A stretch of DNA of 63,691 bases, filler included, from Choristocarpus tenellus KU-1152 (lineage: Eukaryota > Protista > Phaeophyceae): assembly GCA_964200185.2 (NCBI GenBank). It is 9 parts of 9 records of this genome, joined end to end, with 100 filler letters (N's around TTAATTAATTAA, not from the genome) between each part and the next. Parts side by side here need not be neighbours in the genome. Positions count along the whole stretch, not along the records: positions 14,717 to 29,876 come from CAXNAD020001041.1; positions 29,977 to 39,796 come from CAXNAD020003364.1; 7 more parts are not named here. One strand, 5' to 3'. This document shows positions 26,498 through 38,769 of this stretch, in pieces (within the stretch, counting starts at the first letter, position 1; every line of letters begins with the position of its first letter). Below the pieces are notes generated by a model that was not told the DNA's origin, made no database searches, and saw nothing but the letters and a program-made list of their open reading frames with translations. Position numbers and translations under genes: made by a program.

Positions 26498-28255
26498 ATG
26501 CGTGCCACAATTGCAGTCGCGGCTGGGGTCGCGGTCATGATATGTGGGAGCCAGATGATAGAGGCCTTTTCCCCACTAGCACCAACAGCGAGCCAAAGGA
26601 CAATAAAGAAGGGTAGCCTCCCTGTGGCCTCCCATATCTGCAAGATGGCAGTGGATGGGACGCCAGGCATGCCTCGCTCGTAGTTGAAGAGTCGCATCGA
26701 GTGTGCTCAATAACCAGCTTTTGTAAGGATTCGCGTGTTTGAAGACCTCTGTCGTTTCTCCTGTGATACCTCATCCGTTTTGATCTTGCCCACCTCCACA
26801 GCGAGGACCGTATTAGGTGAATGGGAGCGTGGAAAATCTAATAATGCGGCCGACTCTTTCTTCTATGATAATCCCCGCATCTGCTTCCATGTGGACCAGG
26901 GCTTTATTGATCAGCTCACCCAGCTCTATAGGTGATTCCCAACGCAGGAAATTGGAGGTGCTGATGCACAAGGCCATCATCCATCTCTCGTTTTTCGCAA
27001 AAAATTGTAAAGCTGGCAAGAAATGGCTGTAAATTTTGAAAGTTATACAGTGTTGCCTGGAGGAAGATACCAATAGACAATAGATAAATGTGTCACAAAC
27101 CGTATCACAAGTTGAAACCATTTTGTATTACGGTACTTACTAAGTCCGCCCTGGCTGCACCTCTATTGGCAGGCCCTGAAAATATTGCTCGCTCTCTCTA
27201 CCCACTATCCCCCCGGTCATGTACAGGGAGCGCATCCCTCCTGGTGGCGTGGTCCTGGATATGATGTCTTCCTGGGTTTCACACCTGCCACCAGAGGTAC
27301 ATAAATACCCTCCAAATCGCCTTCCCCGTCATCCCTCCTTTTTATTAGTTCCTCATTCACAGCATTTATTGCATGCTTCCTGGATCTGCCGTCCACAACT
27401 GGAGAGTTTGCCCTCAACACTCTTGATAGGTTGGGAGACTTGTTGCCTCGGCAGTACTGCAGCCTACAACTTTGTTAAATCTGAAGCGATGCATAATGCT
27501 TCACTTGCAGCAATCTGACTCAGATCTGCTTCTCTTCCTTTGTGCATTTTGCGCTTTGTGCCTACTGGTCCTGTTTCCTTCTTGTGCCGGTATGTCCCCT
27601 GTTGACGAAACACAGATCACCTACTCCCGTGTGGACGGGCATGGGATGAACATGGAAGAACTGAACAAAAATGGGAGATTGGATGGAAAGAAGGTGAACA
27701 TTTTGTTAGGCATCTTCAGCAGTGCTTTCTTTTCTTTTTTGGTGATGTGCCCCAGTTTCAATTATAATCACTCTGACTATGGTTAAGCATCCTGCCCCCA
27801 TCCAGTCTTAACCTTTTTGTCTTGTGCTATACTCCAATTTCCCCCACATACCCTCAATACCTTGTATGTCATTTATGCAATCGTGGAAAGAAGTGCCTCA
27901 TAATCCACCAGTTGTGTCCAGGTCATATTATGACATCCCTCCCTATTGTTAGAGTTGTGCTTCCAGATCTCCCATCTTCATCATTCAGCCTCTCAGTGAA
28001 TGGTAGTGATAGTAGTGGTGGCATTTGTTACTACAAATGTGCATTTCAACCTGTGTTTCAACCCTCTGCTGTGCTGTACAACACCCTCAGTGACCTCGAA
28101 CGCTGGCGACTCTGATCTGTCCAGGTTTGGGATTTGAACGCCGACCCTCACCTACCCTTTGAGATAGGTGTTTATGACGCTGTGGTGTGTGCTGTCTCTG
28201 TGCAGTACCTGCAGCGTCCAGAGGAGGTTTTTGCGGACGTGTGTCGTGTTCTCAA
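26498..28255 (+). CDS. Plastid-targeted SAM-dependent methyltransferase (type 11, 'LDxMSSWVSHLP' family); 3' part missing
   Basis: Exons 26498-~26666 (donor uncertain), 26802-26931, 27227-27296, 27616-27693 and 28125-28255 give DSFFYDNPRICFHVDQGFIDQLTQLYRERIPPGGVVLDMMSSWVSHLPPE..VDGHGMNMEELNKN..VWDLNADPHLPFE...YDAVVCAVSVQYLQRPEEVFADVCRVLK. The N-terminus is a hydrophobic signal followed by IEA|FSP (ASAF-type). Confidence 0.9.
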
Positions 28256-28317
28256 GTAAGTGTTCTCAAGTAAGTGTTCTCAAGTAAGTGTTCTCAAGTA
28301 AGTGTTCTCAAGTAAGT
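28246..28317. repeat. 14-bp tandem repeat x5 spanning a splice donor
   Basis: (GTGTTCTCAAGTAA)5 followed by GT. Confidence 0.97.
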
Positions 28318-29800
28318 TGATGTTATGGTGTGCTATTGGATGTTGCATCATTTGTCCTGGGACCAAGCTGTGCTGGGCTGCTTGCTTGATCGGGTAGAAT
28401 TTGGATGAAGAATATTACTCGAGTTTACAGGTTACGATTTTACCTTAACTCCTATGGCACAATTAATTGTATGGTCTGCTAAAAACAGCAGCAAGCCTGT
28501 GGCTGTATTGTGTGCTTGTTTATTTTGAACCACGGGTGCATCGTGATGAAGCATCAAGGTAGTTGTCGAGATGTGCACAGTCGTGTGGCACTTGAAAGCC
28601 CTACAGTGGGAGGGGCAGGAGGGAGGGGGAGGGAGGTGGTGGTGGTGATGGTGATGGTGATGGCGTGTGTTGTTATTCCTATTTTACCTCTGCATTTGGA
28701 GGAAGTTGGTGATGAAAGGAGTGAACTGTTGAAGTGATACTTGTTTGTTGTTGTACACTAGAGATATGCATACTTCTCATGTTGTACATCCACTTAAACG
28801 ATAAGGAGCAGCATTGGTATGACTCAGCAGAAAGATAAAGACATAATTTATGCTCCGAGTATCAGATATGCTGTTGTCATGTAGGTGTACATCAGCAGAG
28901 AAGTTATTGGTTGCATTGCAGGTGCATGAGGCTACGCCCAAGCGCAATTGCCACTGTTTCTATGTAATCTCTGCGTTCACCACCCTGTAATCTGACTTGC
29001 AGGCACCAGAAGCTGATGCCAGTGCGTGTTCCTTGATCTTCACATTGTGGTTGTAAAGGCTGGAAGAAGTACATGTGTCTGTCCACCACCAACACAAACT
29101 AACATTTTGACTCTCACTCATTGCCCAAACATGCCAACTCTCAAAAAGAGATCTCCCCTCTTCAGGTGCTAGTGAGGACACCATGTCATTCAACGCACCA
29201 TCCTCTTCTGACCCAACCCCCCCCCTCCCCCCCCCCCCGCCATCCCACTTTCCTCTGTGCCTTCGGCCACTTCTACAATTTTCTTCATAGACCTGGTGGT
29301 GTTGCCATCTTTTCATTCTCGAACAGAATGTTCTTTGACAAGGTTTGTTCCTTCTCACATATTTCCAACCTGCAGTATGATGTCCTTTGCTATTATTTTT
29401 TTTGTGCTTGAAGATTGTGGGTTAGGTTGCAACAGTTCCGCATGAACTTGTTTAATCTCTTTATTAGGAGACAGAAATTAGCCGTGCATCACGCAATTTT
29501 TGCTGGGTTTTGCTTACCCAAAACGTTGTATGTTTCAAGTCTGGTGGAGTTGACGAATTTGTGGCAAAAAGCGCCTGAATTTCTCTACAAGATCTCTCTG
29601 GTTCCCTACTGTAGGATTTGGTGCAAGGATTGTCTGGTGCATTCTCTGTTCCTCTGAAATCGGAAACAAAGACGACGTAGACCATGTGCAGGTTTGCAAC
29701 CTGGGAAGGGCATAGGTGGGGCCCTGCTTGATTTGGAATCGTTGAGAAAAAACAGTTGTGGTCCAACGTCGGAAAAAATAAAAACTGTTCTACTGTGCAG

Positions 29801-29845
<45 letters not shown>

Positions 29846-29876
29846 CCTTTGTTTTCCCCCTTTTATTTTAGAAGAT

Positions 29877-29976
29877 NNNNNNNNNNNNNNNNNNNNNNNN
29901 NNNNNNNNNNNNNNNNNNNNTTAATTAATTAANNNNNNNNNNNNNNNNNNNNNNNNNNNNNNNNNNNNNNNNNNNN
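29877..29976. other. Artificial contig spacer
   Basis: 44N-TTAATTAATTAA-44N. Confidence 0.98.
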
Positions 29977-30012
29977 CCACAAACCACCTCCCCCCCCCAG
30001 ATACTCTGACCC
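29977..30012. mobile_element. MITE A2 right end
   Basis: CACAAACCACCTCCCCCCCCCAGATACTCTGACCC. Confidence 0.7.
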
Positions 30013-30131
30013 CTGTGTCGAATTCTGTCTGGACACTCTACGTTGTAGTGAGGAGCTGCGTGCGAATGTTAAGCTCCGAACGCCTCGCAGGGAGCATGTT
30101 TGCAGGAGTGAAACTGTCGAGGTCGACTCAT

Positions 30132-30570
30132 CTCAATTAATTTCGAGGTGATGTAAGGCGAGTTGATCGGTGACCAGCATATCAAATTAGAGGTAAAGAT
30201 CATAGGCAGTCAATAATTAGGGCAAAGTCTGGTCGCAAAAAAATATCTTGATATGGTTGTCGGCGATTTTCAGCTTTTTGGCAATTCAACCGAATCTTTC
30301 AGCATTGACTGTTACAGGCGATATGTCTTGATGGCGGTTTCATAAACACCATTATGACATTGAAGTTCTAGATTTGATATGTTTGTACTTCTTGATTATT
30401 TATTTATTTATTATTTGGTCAATATGGTCTCCGATTGTGACATGACTAACTCAACCAAAAGTCTTTGCGATCAGATTTCTTTGCCCCAATCGACACCATT
30501 TGATCTCAGCTTTAATTTGATATGCTGGTCAGCGATCAGGACGCCTCACATCACCTCGAAATTAATCGAG
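30132..30570. mobile_element. Foldback element (~130-bp arms) with an element-F end in its loop (30311-30428)
   Basis: CTCAATTAATTTCGAGGTGATGTAAGGCG...TGACCAGCATATCAAATTA pairs with TAATTTGATATGCTGGTCA...CGCCTCACATCACCTCGAAATTAATCGAG. The loop contains TGTTACAGGCGATA...GGTTTCATAAACACCATTATGAC, matching 6261 onward. Confidence 0.75.
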
Positions 30571-31829
30571 GCCAGTCTGATCCTAGAGGCGACTGCCAAC
30601 ACTATATGCCTCTAACCTAGCTCTACAAATGGGCGAGGAGCTATGTCGGTGGTCAGTGATTGCATTTTGCGTATCATCAGTACCGTCACTTCCCCGATCA
30701 AAACATGTACAAATATTGTCGGAAAGACTCATCCTCTACCAAACGTGTACAAACATTTGTATATACTACTCACACGTCCATGCAATATGTACAAATGCTT
30801 GCATATACCACTCTCATAGCTGCAAAAGATACAAAAGATTTCCAGGTAGAAATGCATTGATGTGTGAATAGCTCTGCAATGATTTGCCGTTGCGAATACC
30901 AGTTGTACTACAAATCATACTGGGTTGATTTGCATACATCACGTCTTGTTGTAGGACTATTTTTCCCTCACCACTCTCAGAAATATCAGTGAGTACAAAT
31001 AATTCGGATCCTCCCAAAATGCAAGAGTTAACTCCTAAATCTTCGATTGGTGAGGATGTGCTCAAACAAGCAGAACTCGGATTTGTGATAGGAACTGCCA
31101 TTGACCTGTCGGAAATTGATTTGTACGCCATAAATCAGATTTCATTTGTCCGACGTGTGGAAAGGTTCGTCATAATCATAATATCTACTGTACTGTATCG
31201 TCCCCACGCCTTGGAGGGTAATGAACCTGTTTCCCTCAGGAATTTTCAAGGTTCTAACCCCTATTTTACCAGTCTTTTCATCGAAATGGTCGCATTTTCG
31301 TTTACTGAAGTCCAGATGGATGGCAAGCACTAGGACCCAACTTATCCTATTTGTCACTATACTCCATAAATGCTAGACCAAGAACAAGGTGGTCAGACTC
31401 TATATGTAGTTTTTGCCTGATTTTGTGGAGGTGACAAACCCAAATTAAAGAGGGCTACCCAGTCCTAGTATATTTGTTTTTGACTTTCGAAAAGTTTCAT
31501 GGAAGGGGATCCAGCATAAGAAGATTCCAGGGCACGGTTGGAAGACCTGGAACCTCTTGAAGATGCGTATTATTCCGTTGAAAAAGACTAAAATATTATG
31601 ATAATAGTGTACCCTCTAACATTATACAGATATGTCAGGGGAACAACCCATGAAAATCCAATTAAATATCAGAACAAACCTCAAGGTTCAAGGTCTTGAA
31701 AAAAGTAACAGTTGTCGGAAATGTGAAAGTCATTTTTCTGTCATCTATCTTCCTGCCAGCTATGCTACACCACTCCCCCCCTATGATGCCTCCAATCTAG
31801 CTTAGCCCTGCAGCACAGGGCGAGGAGCT

Positions 31830-32395
31830 ATGGAAGCATCCAAAGAATCTGACAGGCCCCTCTTTGCTTATCTCCCTGGTGTCTCCAGCTTAAATCGCCT
31901 GACACTCTTGATAGAGCCACTTGTGTTGGGACGGACATAATCTGTCGTAAACAGGATTTGACAGCTCCTTTCCTGCTGAAACCTCCCACTCCTCTGCGTG
32001 GCCAACTCATTTATAAACCTTTCTGCTTGCTTACCAAAGCACCTAAAACTTTACGTCGTGAAGGTGTTGGGGTTGTAACACGAGGGTCAAAACCCCCGCA
32101 TAGTAGGTGCAGTTTAGCGCCTCGGCTGCAGGAGCTGCTACACCATTGCTGGTTGATGAGTGGGGCGGATGCGAGGCTGTCTTACGCTTGTGCAAACATA
32201 CATCCAGGAGGAGACCTTTATCCAAGTAGGGGGCTGATCTGGCGTCTGCAAGTAACCCAGCATGGAATACCAGATCCATGCGGAAGTTCCGGCCCACTGT
32301 GAATGACCTACTGTCCTCCTTAGTGCAAGGGATGCCCGTTCCTTTGCAGAGTTGACCTAGACGCTCCACCATCGGTGTGTGTTGGCGGACATGAC
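31830..32395 (-). mobile_element. Second decayed RLE-type non-LTR retrotransposon 3' end
   Basis: HVRQHTPMVERLGQLCKGTGIPCTKED..RNFRMDLVF...GLLLDV...AAPAAEALNCTYY aligns with 20035-20330. It continues, frameshifted, FGKQAERFINELA...CLRQIMSVPTQVALSR, matching the G..A..F...LA...Q.LSV..Q tail of CRE-like RLE domains. Confidence 0.72.
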
Positions 32396-33013
32396 AGGAA
32401 AAAATACCATGAAATTTTATTACCATACGGTGTCGTTTAAATCTCGAATATCGAGGAATAGGTGTACCGTACCATGTCTCTTCAATACTATACTGTGCAA
32501 TTTGTCCAATGGTGTACAATACCGTGCTGGATCGGTCCGGACCAGACCATAGTGTTTGAAACATTACCGTTCATTACGAATTGTCTCAAGTGAAAAACAT
32601 GACTAGATATTGTTGGCCCACATGGAAGAAAGTATATCATCCCTAAAGAGAAAAAAAATTGGATTCAAAAATTCCAACCGCAATAACAAAAAAAGTGGAA
32701 GGTTGAATGTAGAGGTTGAAGGATCCGTGGTGTGGTTTGAGTTACTGGTATTGTATAGTACACTGTTTCAAAATCCAGGTACCATAATCGATGATAATGA
32801 CAACTGCAAGTAACAGGTACTATTGATATTAATTCTCTCAAGTACTCATACTGTAAAGCTGTCAGAAATGCATCGTGAGCAGACCTACACATTGTTTCAC
32901 ATGAAAACTTGCAGTATGCTGCTACAACAGCCATACATAGTACTTCAAAGTAATAGTCTCTTCTTCATACGGAGGCTTATTCTGAGATAGTGACATATTG
33001 ATAAAATTCATTT

Positions 33014-33273
33014 GAATCAAAGTATCTTAGAGGGGTAGAGTGGGGTCGGTTTGGGGGCAAAAATCAAATGTTGCGATTTGGATGTAATTTTTGTTATTGT
33101 GTTTGTTAGGAAGTGTAAATGTCCTTGTTCTGGACACACCTTTTCATAACGTATACATTTTATCTGCTCCGAAACATTTCGGAATAGGTAAAATGCCATA
33201 AAAAGCACGTGGGAAGCCAAGCCCCAAACGGACAAACAGGGCAAAACTCGTATCCCTTAAGAATCTTTCACTC
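33014..33273. mobile_element. MITE family B copy
   Basis: GAATCAAAGTATCTTAGAGGGGTAG ... TATCCCTTAAGAATCTTTCACTC; body shared with five other copies. Confidence 0.85.
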
Positions 33274-33932
33274 CTTCATTACGCAACCGTCCAACAAACT
33301 CACAAAGAATATATACAAATCTTCGGTAGCATGCACTTTGTGATGCAAATCATACTCACTGCTCAACAAGCCACAGAACTGTCAAGTTGAGAGCGACTAA
33401 CACGCCAGGCAGTATAGAAAGCCTTGGTCGATTTTGTTAGGTAAGAGTATGCCTTAGCAACTTGTAAAGTCATAACACCACCCCACTTCAGTACCTTTTC
33501 CCCTGACCCCACCGCCATCAGCTGTATGATGCACGGAACCATAAAAATCTCATCCTTATACTGGCCTTGTGATTCTTCAGGCACAGGAATAGGAGAAGCA
33601 ATATAAAGGAGAACCAAACTTACTTGAATCTCCTCTACGAATCAATGTTGGACTTGGTGGCCATTGGTGCAATGCCGTGAGCTCTTCACCATTAGGGGAG
33701 GTAGAGGTGAGGGATGAGTATGTGCACCGTCACTTCCAACCCATCATCATGCACCACCACCCATCCATCCATCAAATATACATTGGAAATATGGAATATG
33801 TTCTACATATATTTTAGGTTGCCCAGTACCCTGACAAGAACAATGTGTAATCTTCCCGATCGCTATTAATCGACGTGTGAAAAAATTATCCTTCAAAGCG
33901 CTGTTAAGGCAGAATTCCATCCCACCATTACA

Positions 33933-34172
33933 GAGCCAAAGTAGACGAGAGGTACCCAGTTTCAGGACATTTTTGCATTCTTTTTCGACTCACCCATCGT
34001 ATTTCTATGGATGTAGTGTGAAGTACGACTTGAGTGAGTTGATTTTTCTATAATTTCGAAATTTTCGACAAAATTTGGAAAATATCCTGTACACATTGGT
34101 AGACAGCTGAATTTCGCATACTGCCAGCATCCTTGTAATGCAAACCTTGGTACCTCTGGTTTACTTTGTCTC
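33933..34172. mobile_element. MITE family D copy
   Basis: GAGCCAAAGTAGACGAGAGGTACCCAG ... TTGGTACCTCTGGTTTACTTTGTCTC. Confidence 0.8.
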
Positions 34173-34939
34173 ACGGTCCATGCTGTTTGTTACCCTCTCG
34201 TGTTGAAAAGGATAGAACTAACGATTGGGGGTTAATCGATGGTTGTGCCCCTGGGGGCGTTGCTTGTGTCTCTGTGCTCTGATGACTCAATGGGCTTGTA
34301 TATCTTAATGGACTATATCTATAATTCCACTCCATCCTCAGTGTCCTTGTAGTCCTTACTTCTCTCTCTCTCGGATCGAGCAGTCTCTTGAAATGGGAAG
34401 AAAATTCCGAGAGAAGAGAGAGAGAGAGAGTAGAACAAAGCGATAGCCTCTTACAGCCTTTTGTTGAGATGTGCCTCATTTCTCAATGAATTGATACTCT
34501 TTTTTGTCTCCCCTATCCGTTGCTTGTAACTTCTTGCAAACGAGGTGACACGGTCACATTTTTGATATAAACGGATGGTACTAATATATCAGATGAATAC
34601 AAAGAGACAGTAGGTTGCTTCTACCCATGAGAACAGAAAAATACCACTTCTACTCTCCATAAAAAACAATAAAGAAAGTTGTCCTCTATCTCGATCTGGA
34701 GTTTTGGATATTTCCACCCTTCCAAGAAAGAGGATCACCAAACGTTCATGTACAGAAAAGGACTGGGGAATAGATCTTATCAAGTTCTCAGTATGACAAA
34801 GTATACGTTATTTGCTGAACTACAGTCTGTAACTACATAGTAGGAACTTTACTCGACCCTACCTAACCCCAGTCCGTGGCAAGAAGAACGAGACTGCAGT
34901 ATATATACTAGTTCTCATGCAACTTCCAAAACGGACAAA

Positions 34940-35431
34940 AACAGAGTACTAGTTCTATAGGCAAGCTTTTTTCGGTCTTTTTCAATTCACCCATATTATT
35001 ATAGATGAAGTGTGAATTATGACTTGAGAGGATTGAATTTTCTATTGTTTGAACCCTTTTGACGAAATTCGAGTAAAACTATATTAGAGGGTACGGGTTT
35101 TGGCCTGTTTGTCCATTTGGGGCTTGGTTTCCCATGGGTTCTTTTATGACATTTTCCTACTTCGAAATGTTTAGGAGTAGGCAAAATATATATGTTATTA
35201 CAAGGTGTGTCCAGAACATGGATATTGACACTTCCTCACAAACACAGCCAAAATTACATCAAAATCGCAACATTGGATTTTGGCCCCCAAATGGACGCGG
35301 CTTTACCCTCTAAGGTACTTTGGCTCATTCGGAAAATATCTTGTACACATTTTGTCAAGAATCCGAATTTTGCACAAATTTGTCGTCATGCATGCAACGC
35401 AACTCTGAGTACCTCTCATATACTTTGGACT
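34940..35431. mobile_element. MITE family D copy interrupted by family B (left end degenerate)
   Basis: Removing 35071-35326 and one ATTC restores GACGAAATTC-GGAAAATATC, homologous to GACAAAATTTGGAAAATATC in 33933-34172. Right end GAGTACCTCTCATATACTTTGG. Confidence 0.7.
35071..35326. mobile_element. MITE family B copy, TSD ATTC
   Basis: ATTC|GAGTAAAACTATATTAGAGGGTA ... TACCCTCTAAGGTACTTTGGCTC|ATTC. Confidence 0.9.
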
Positions 35432-38400
35432 TGCCATGACTAACTGCACTGCTCCACTCAGGCCTGGCATTTTTTTCTTGGTTCAGTCATCCCACACTCG
35501 ACCTACCTCCTCCTCAAATGTTGAGCGATTTCTCCTTAGAGCAAAAGGCCTTGCCATCACAACATTTAGTTCAGGTTTTCCTCCTTTTCTTGCTGTTCCA
35601 ATTAGCGACAGAGAGGAGGGTGCAGGTGTACCTTTCCGTATTGCTTGGCATGTGGTCTAGTCAAAACAAATTTCGGTGAAAACAAGATCTGACCTCAACC
35701 ATATTCACAAACCATCACATTTCAGGTGCATTGCATCTCTTTTGATGAACCAACCTGCACAGTACCCTCCCCAACACACGTTCATATATCTTAAAAGCCA
35801 CAACAGAAATAGAATGACGCAAAACCTTGTACATAGACCATTGGGGTGGAAGGAAAAAATACAAATGTAGGGGGGGAAACGGGGTGGGAGGTGAGTTGGA
35901 CCAGCGGAAATCGCACCTCTTCCTCCCCCTCCCTTCGACCTTCCCCATGCCCAACCCGGGCCTTCCTCAGCACGGTACAACCAAAAGCAGCATTTCAGTA
36001 ACAGGCGAAGGCATTTGTGCAACACAAGCACACTAGCGCAATATGCCAACCTATGATAATGGGTATAATGGACAATGTTGAACAGAAAAATGGAATCGTG
36101 AGGAAAGGCCGTGCAGGCAACCAAATCAAACTGCAGCGGCTGCCCTTCCCCAACTCCAACCCTAACACTTAACCCTGAACTCTATTCCTAACCCCCTTTC
36201 CATTACCCTTTTAACCCAAACTAGTTCACCAGCTATGCAAGCATACTCGTACCACATCCAAATAATCGAGCAGGAAGTGATTCTGGACCTCCTGAATGGC
36301 ATCTCAAACTTGCTCCATATTTGCAGAGAAGAGACAGGATACAGGTTCATCAAGGACACACAAAGGCACGTTCCTACTGGTACGACTCCCCACCCACCCA
36401 CACCCCTTCCAATCTAGTTTGTCTGGGATCAACCAACACAGAATTTTGTCAATACCGTCAAACAAAGTTCAAGCTGGGTCCTCAGATGCACTACAAGGTG
36501 TATCTACTAAAGAGTCATCTACATACGATGCAATACATAAACCTTTCTCTGAAGTAAGGACTAAAGAATGCAACAGCGGTACCGAAAATTACAGTGAACA
36601 CACACATGCGATTCCTTCTTTTGTCCTCAGTCGCCATCTACAAGGAAAATCGCGGCGGAATATGAGCCTCCTGATCCAATCCACAGATCCCTTTCCTTTC
36701 CACCAACCCTTCCCACCCACTGTCCCCACCATCCCAGTATAGCAGGAGTCGGGGGAAGTGCTGGAGTGTCACCAGAGAAGGCGGGCAATAGCTCTAGGCA
36801 GCTACTTGTTACGCTGCAGCTTCTCCCTCACCCCACACAAACATCAAAGTCACACACACGTTAGCAAAAAAGGTGAACTCAAACACTCTGCCACAAGAAT
36901 GCTTGGACTCCAAAGCAAGCTCGTTTAACAATCTATCAGCCTGGATGCATGTGTGTCTGCACCATCCTCATCCTCTCTCAAGGAGAGCGTAGCGGGGGGA
37001 GTGAGGGGTGGAGACTATCCTGGAAGAAATATGCTGATTTATCAACCCAAGTCAACACGTAACAATAAACACAAGAACAGTCACCACAGCACTTCCTCAG
37101 AAGTCGAAGGAGGGGTTGCAACCCCTCTCACTTGCTTCAAAAGAATATCACCCTCCTCTCTCCCCCAAACACGTCTCCCTCATGTCACACCAGGTCACGT
37201 ATCTACACAAACCTTACATGTATACATGAAAATAACCATCTACTTCCTCCCCAAGCACCTGAGCACTTCATGCTGCCCCCGCCCCCCTGTTCCTCTTTCA
37301 AACCCCTATTGGGTATAATGGAACAATTTAGCCTTTCTTCTCTACCGTACACAGGCAGTCAGTCACTCATACATCACATTTTATCTCAAGAACAACCATC
37401 TATCGTCTTCGATGTCTTAACCCCCAAAATAAATTAATTAGAACAAACATATACATATACATATACGTATACACATATATTCATTTATCGCCTTGCCTTC
37501 TCACACTGTAGGGGGTTCAAAGAGAGAACGAAATCCCAGAAAAAGAGTTCTTGGGCTCACCAGGAAGAGGATCCAAGCCTGAAAATATCTCAAGCTCCTC
37601 CACCTCTTTCCCCAGCACCTTGTCTGCTCCATCCCCCCAGCAGCCATTTGTAAGAGGTGCCGGGATGGATCCAAGCATATCCAACGGACCTATTCCAAAC
37701 TTGCCCAAAACAAGAAAGGTGTTTGGCAAGAAGGGTTGGAGACCGGCATGGTTAGATTGAACTTGTGCAGGTGGGGAGCACACAAGAAGGTTTCAGTCAC
37801 TGCCTCTTGCGAGATAGAGAAATGCGGTTGGAGGGGCTGAAGCTTAGGTGGTACCAACAAAACCCTTTGACAGATGGTGCAAGCCAAATGCAGCATACCT
37901 TCCAAGATAAAAAAAAGAGAAATAATATACAGCCGCGCATAGTTGTTCTGCTGACCAGGTCTGGCACAGCGCTTCCTATAGCCTCTTTGTTGTCGAGGGC
38001 CAAAGTGTATCCACCTTACCGGTTATGAACCATATGATCACACACCTCCCATCTAAAAGACGACCAGGTGGAGTTTTTTGTTTTCATAAAGACAATCGGA
38101 TTCCCAGCATTTCACCTTGTTGAATCCAACTGCCCATGTCAGAGCAGGAGTCAAGCCCCACCGCCTGGGCTCTCCCCCTCTAGCCAAGAGAGCAGACTTA
38201 CTCCCAGTGGAGAATGGCGTGCTTTAGCATTACCAAGCACTATTCCATGACCGGAGTATCTCCCTTCTCTTTGCTAGACTGGGAGAGTTCCAGCTGATGG
38301 GATTGACTTCTCCCCTCACCCTGGCCATTTGAGCCAATATTCCAACCCCTTACCATCGTGGTGATATTATTACTATTAATATTTGATCACATTAGTTGTC

Positions 38401-38511
38401 CGAGGAATCCTGAACCCGTGGTCAAGAAAGTATTCCTATGGAAGGTAATACGCACTATCGCTCGAAAATGTAGGCAACAAGGACGAAAAAAACAAAACAA
38501 GGAGGAGAAAG

Positions 38512-38769
38512 GAGTCAAGTTATCTTAGAGGGTAGAGCAGCGTCCCTTTCGGGGTCAAACTTCAATGTTGCGATTTTGATGTAATTTTGGCTATAGTGTT
38601 TGTGAGGAAGTGTCAATATCCTTGTTCGAACACATCTTTTCATAATGTACACATTTTGCCTACTCCGAAATATATTGGAGTGGGTAAAATGTCAAGAAAA
38701 ATCCATGGGAAGCCAAGCCCCAAACGGACAAACAGGGCAAAACTAGTACCCTCTATGGTACTTTAACTC
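38512..38769. mobile_element. MITE family B copy, TSD AAAG
   Basis: AAAG|GAGTCAAGTTATCTTAGAGGGTA ... TACCCTCTATGGTACTTTAACTC|AAAG. Confidence 0.9.

Noticed and set aside
19040-31745. Site-specific insertion of the RLE retroelement into a shared flanking repeat
   Set aside because: The shared segment lies 5' of one copy and 3' of the other, so there is no common target junction.
36229-37900. Exon-like stretches (IEQEVILDLLNGIS, FVWDQ; LDMLGSIPAP...LDPLP)
   Set aside because: They could not be chained into a phase-consistent gene on either strand.
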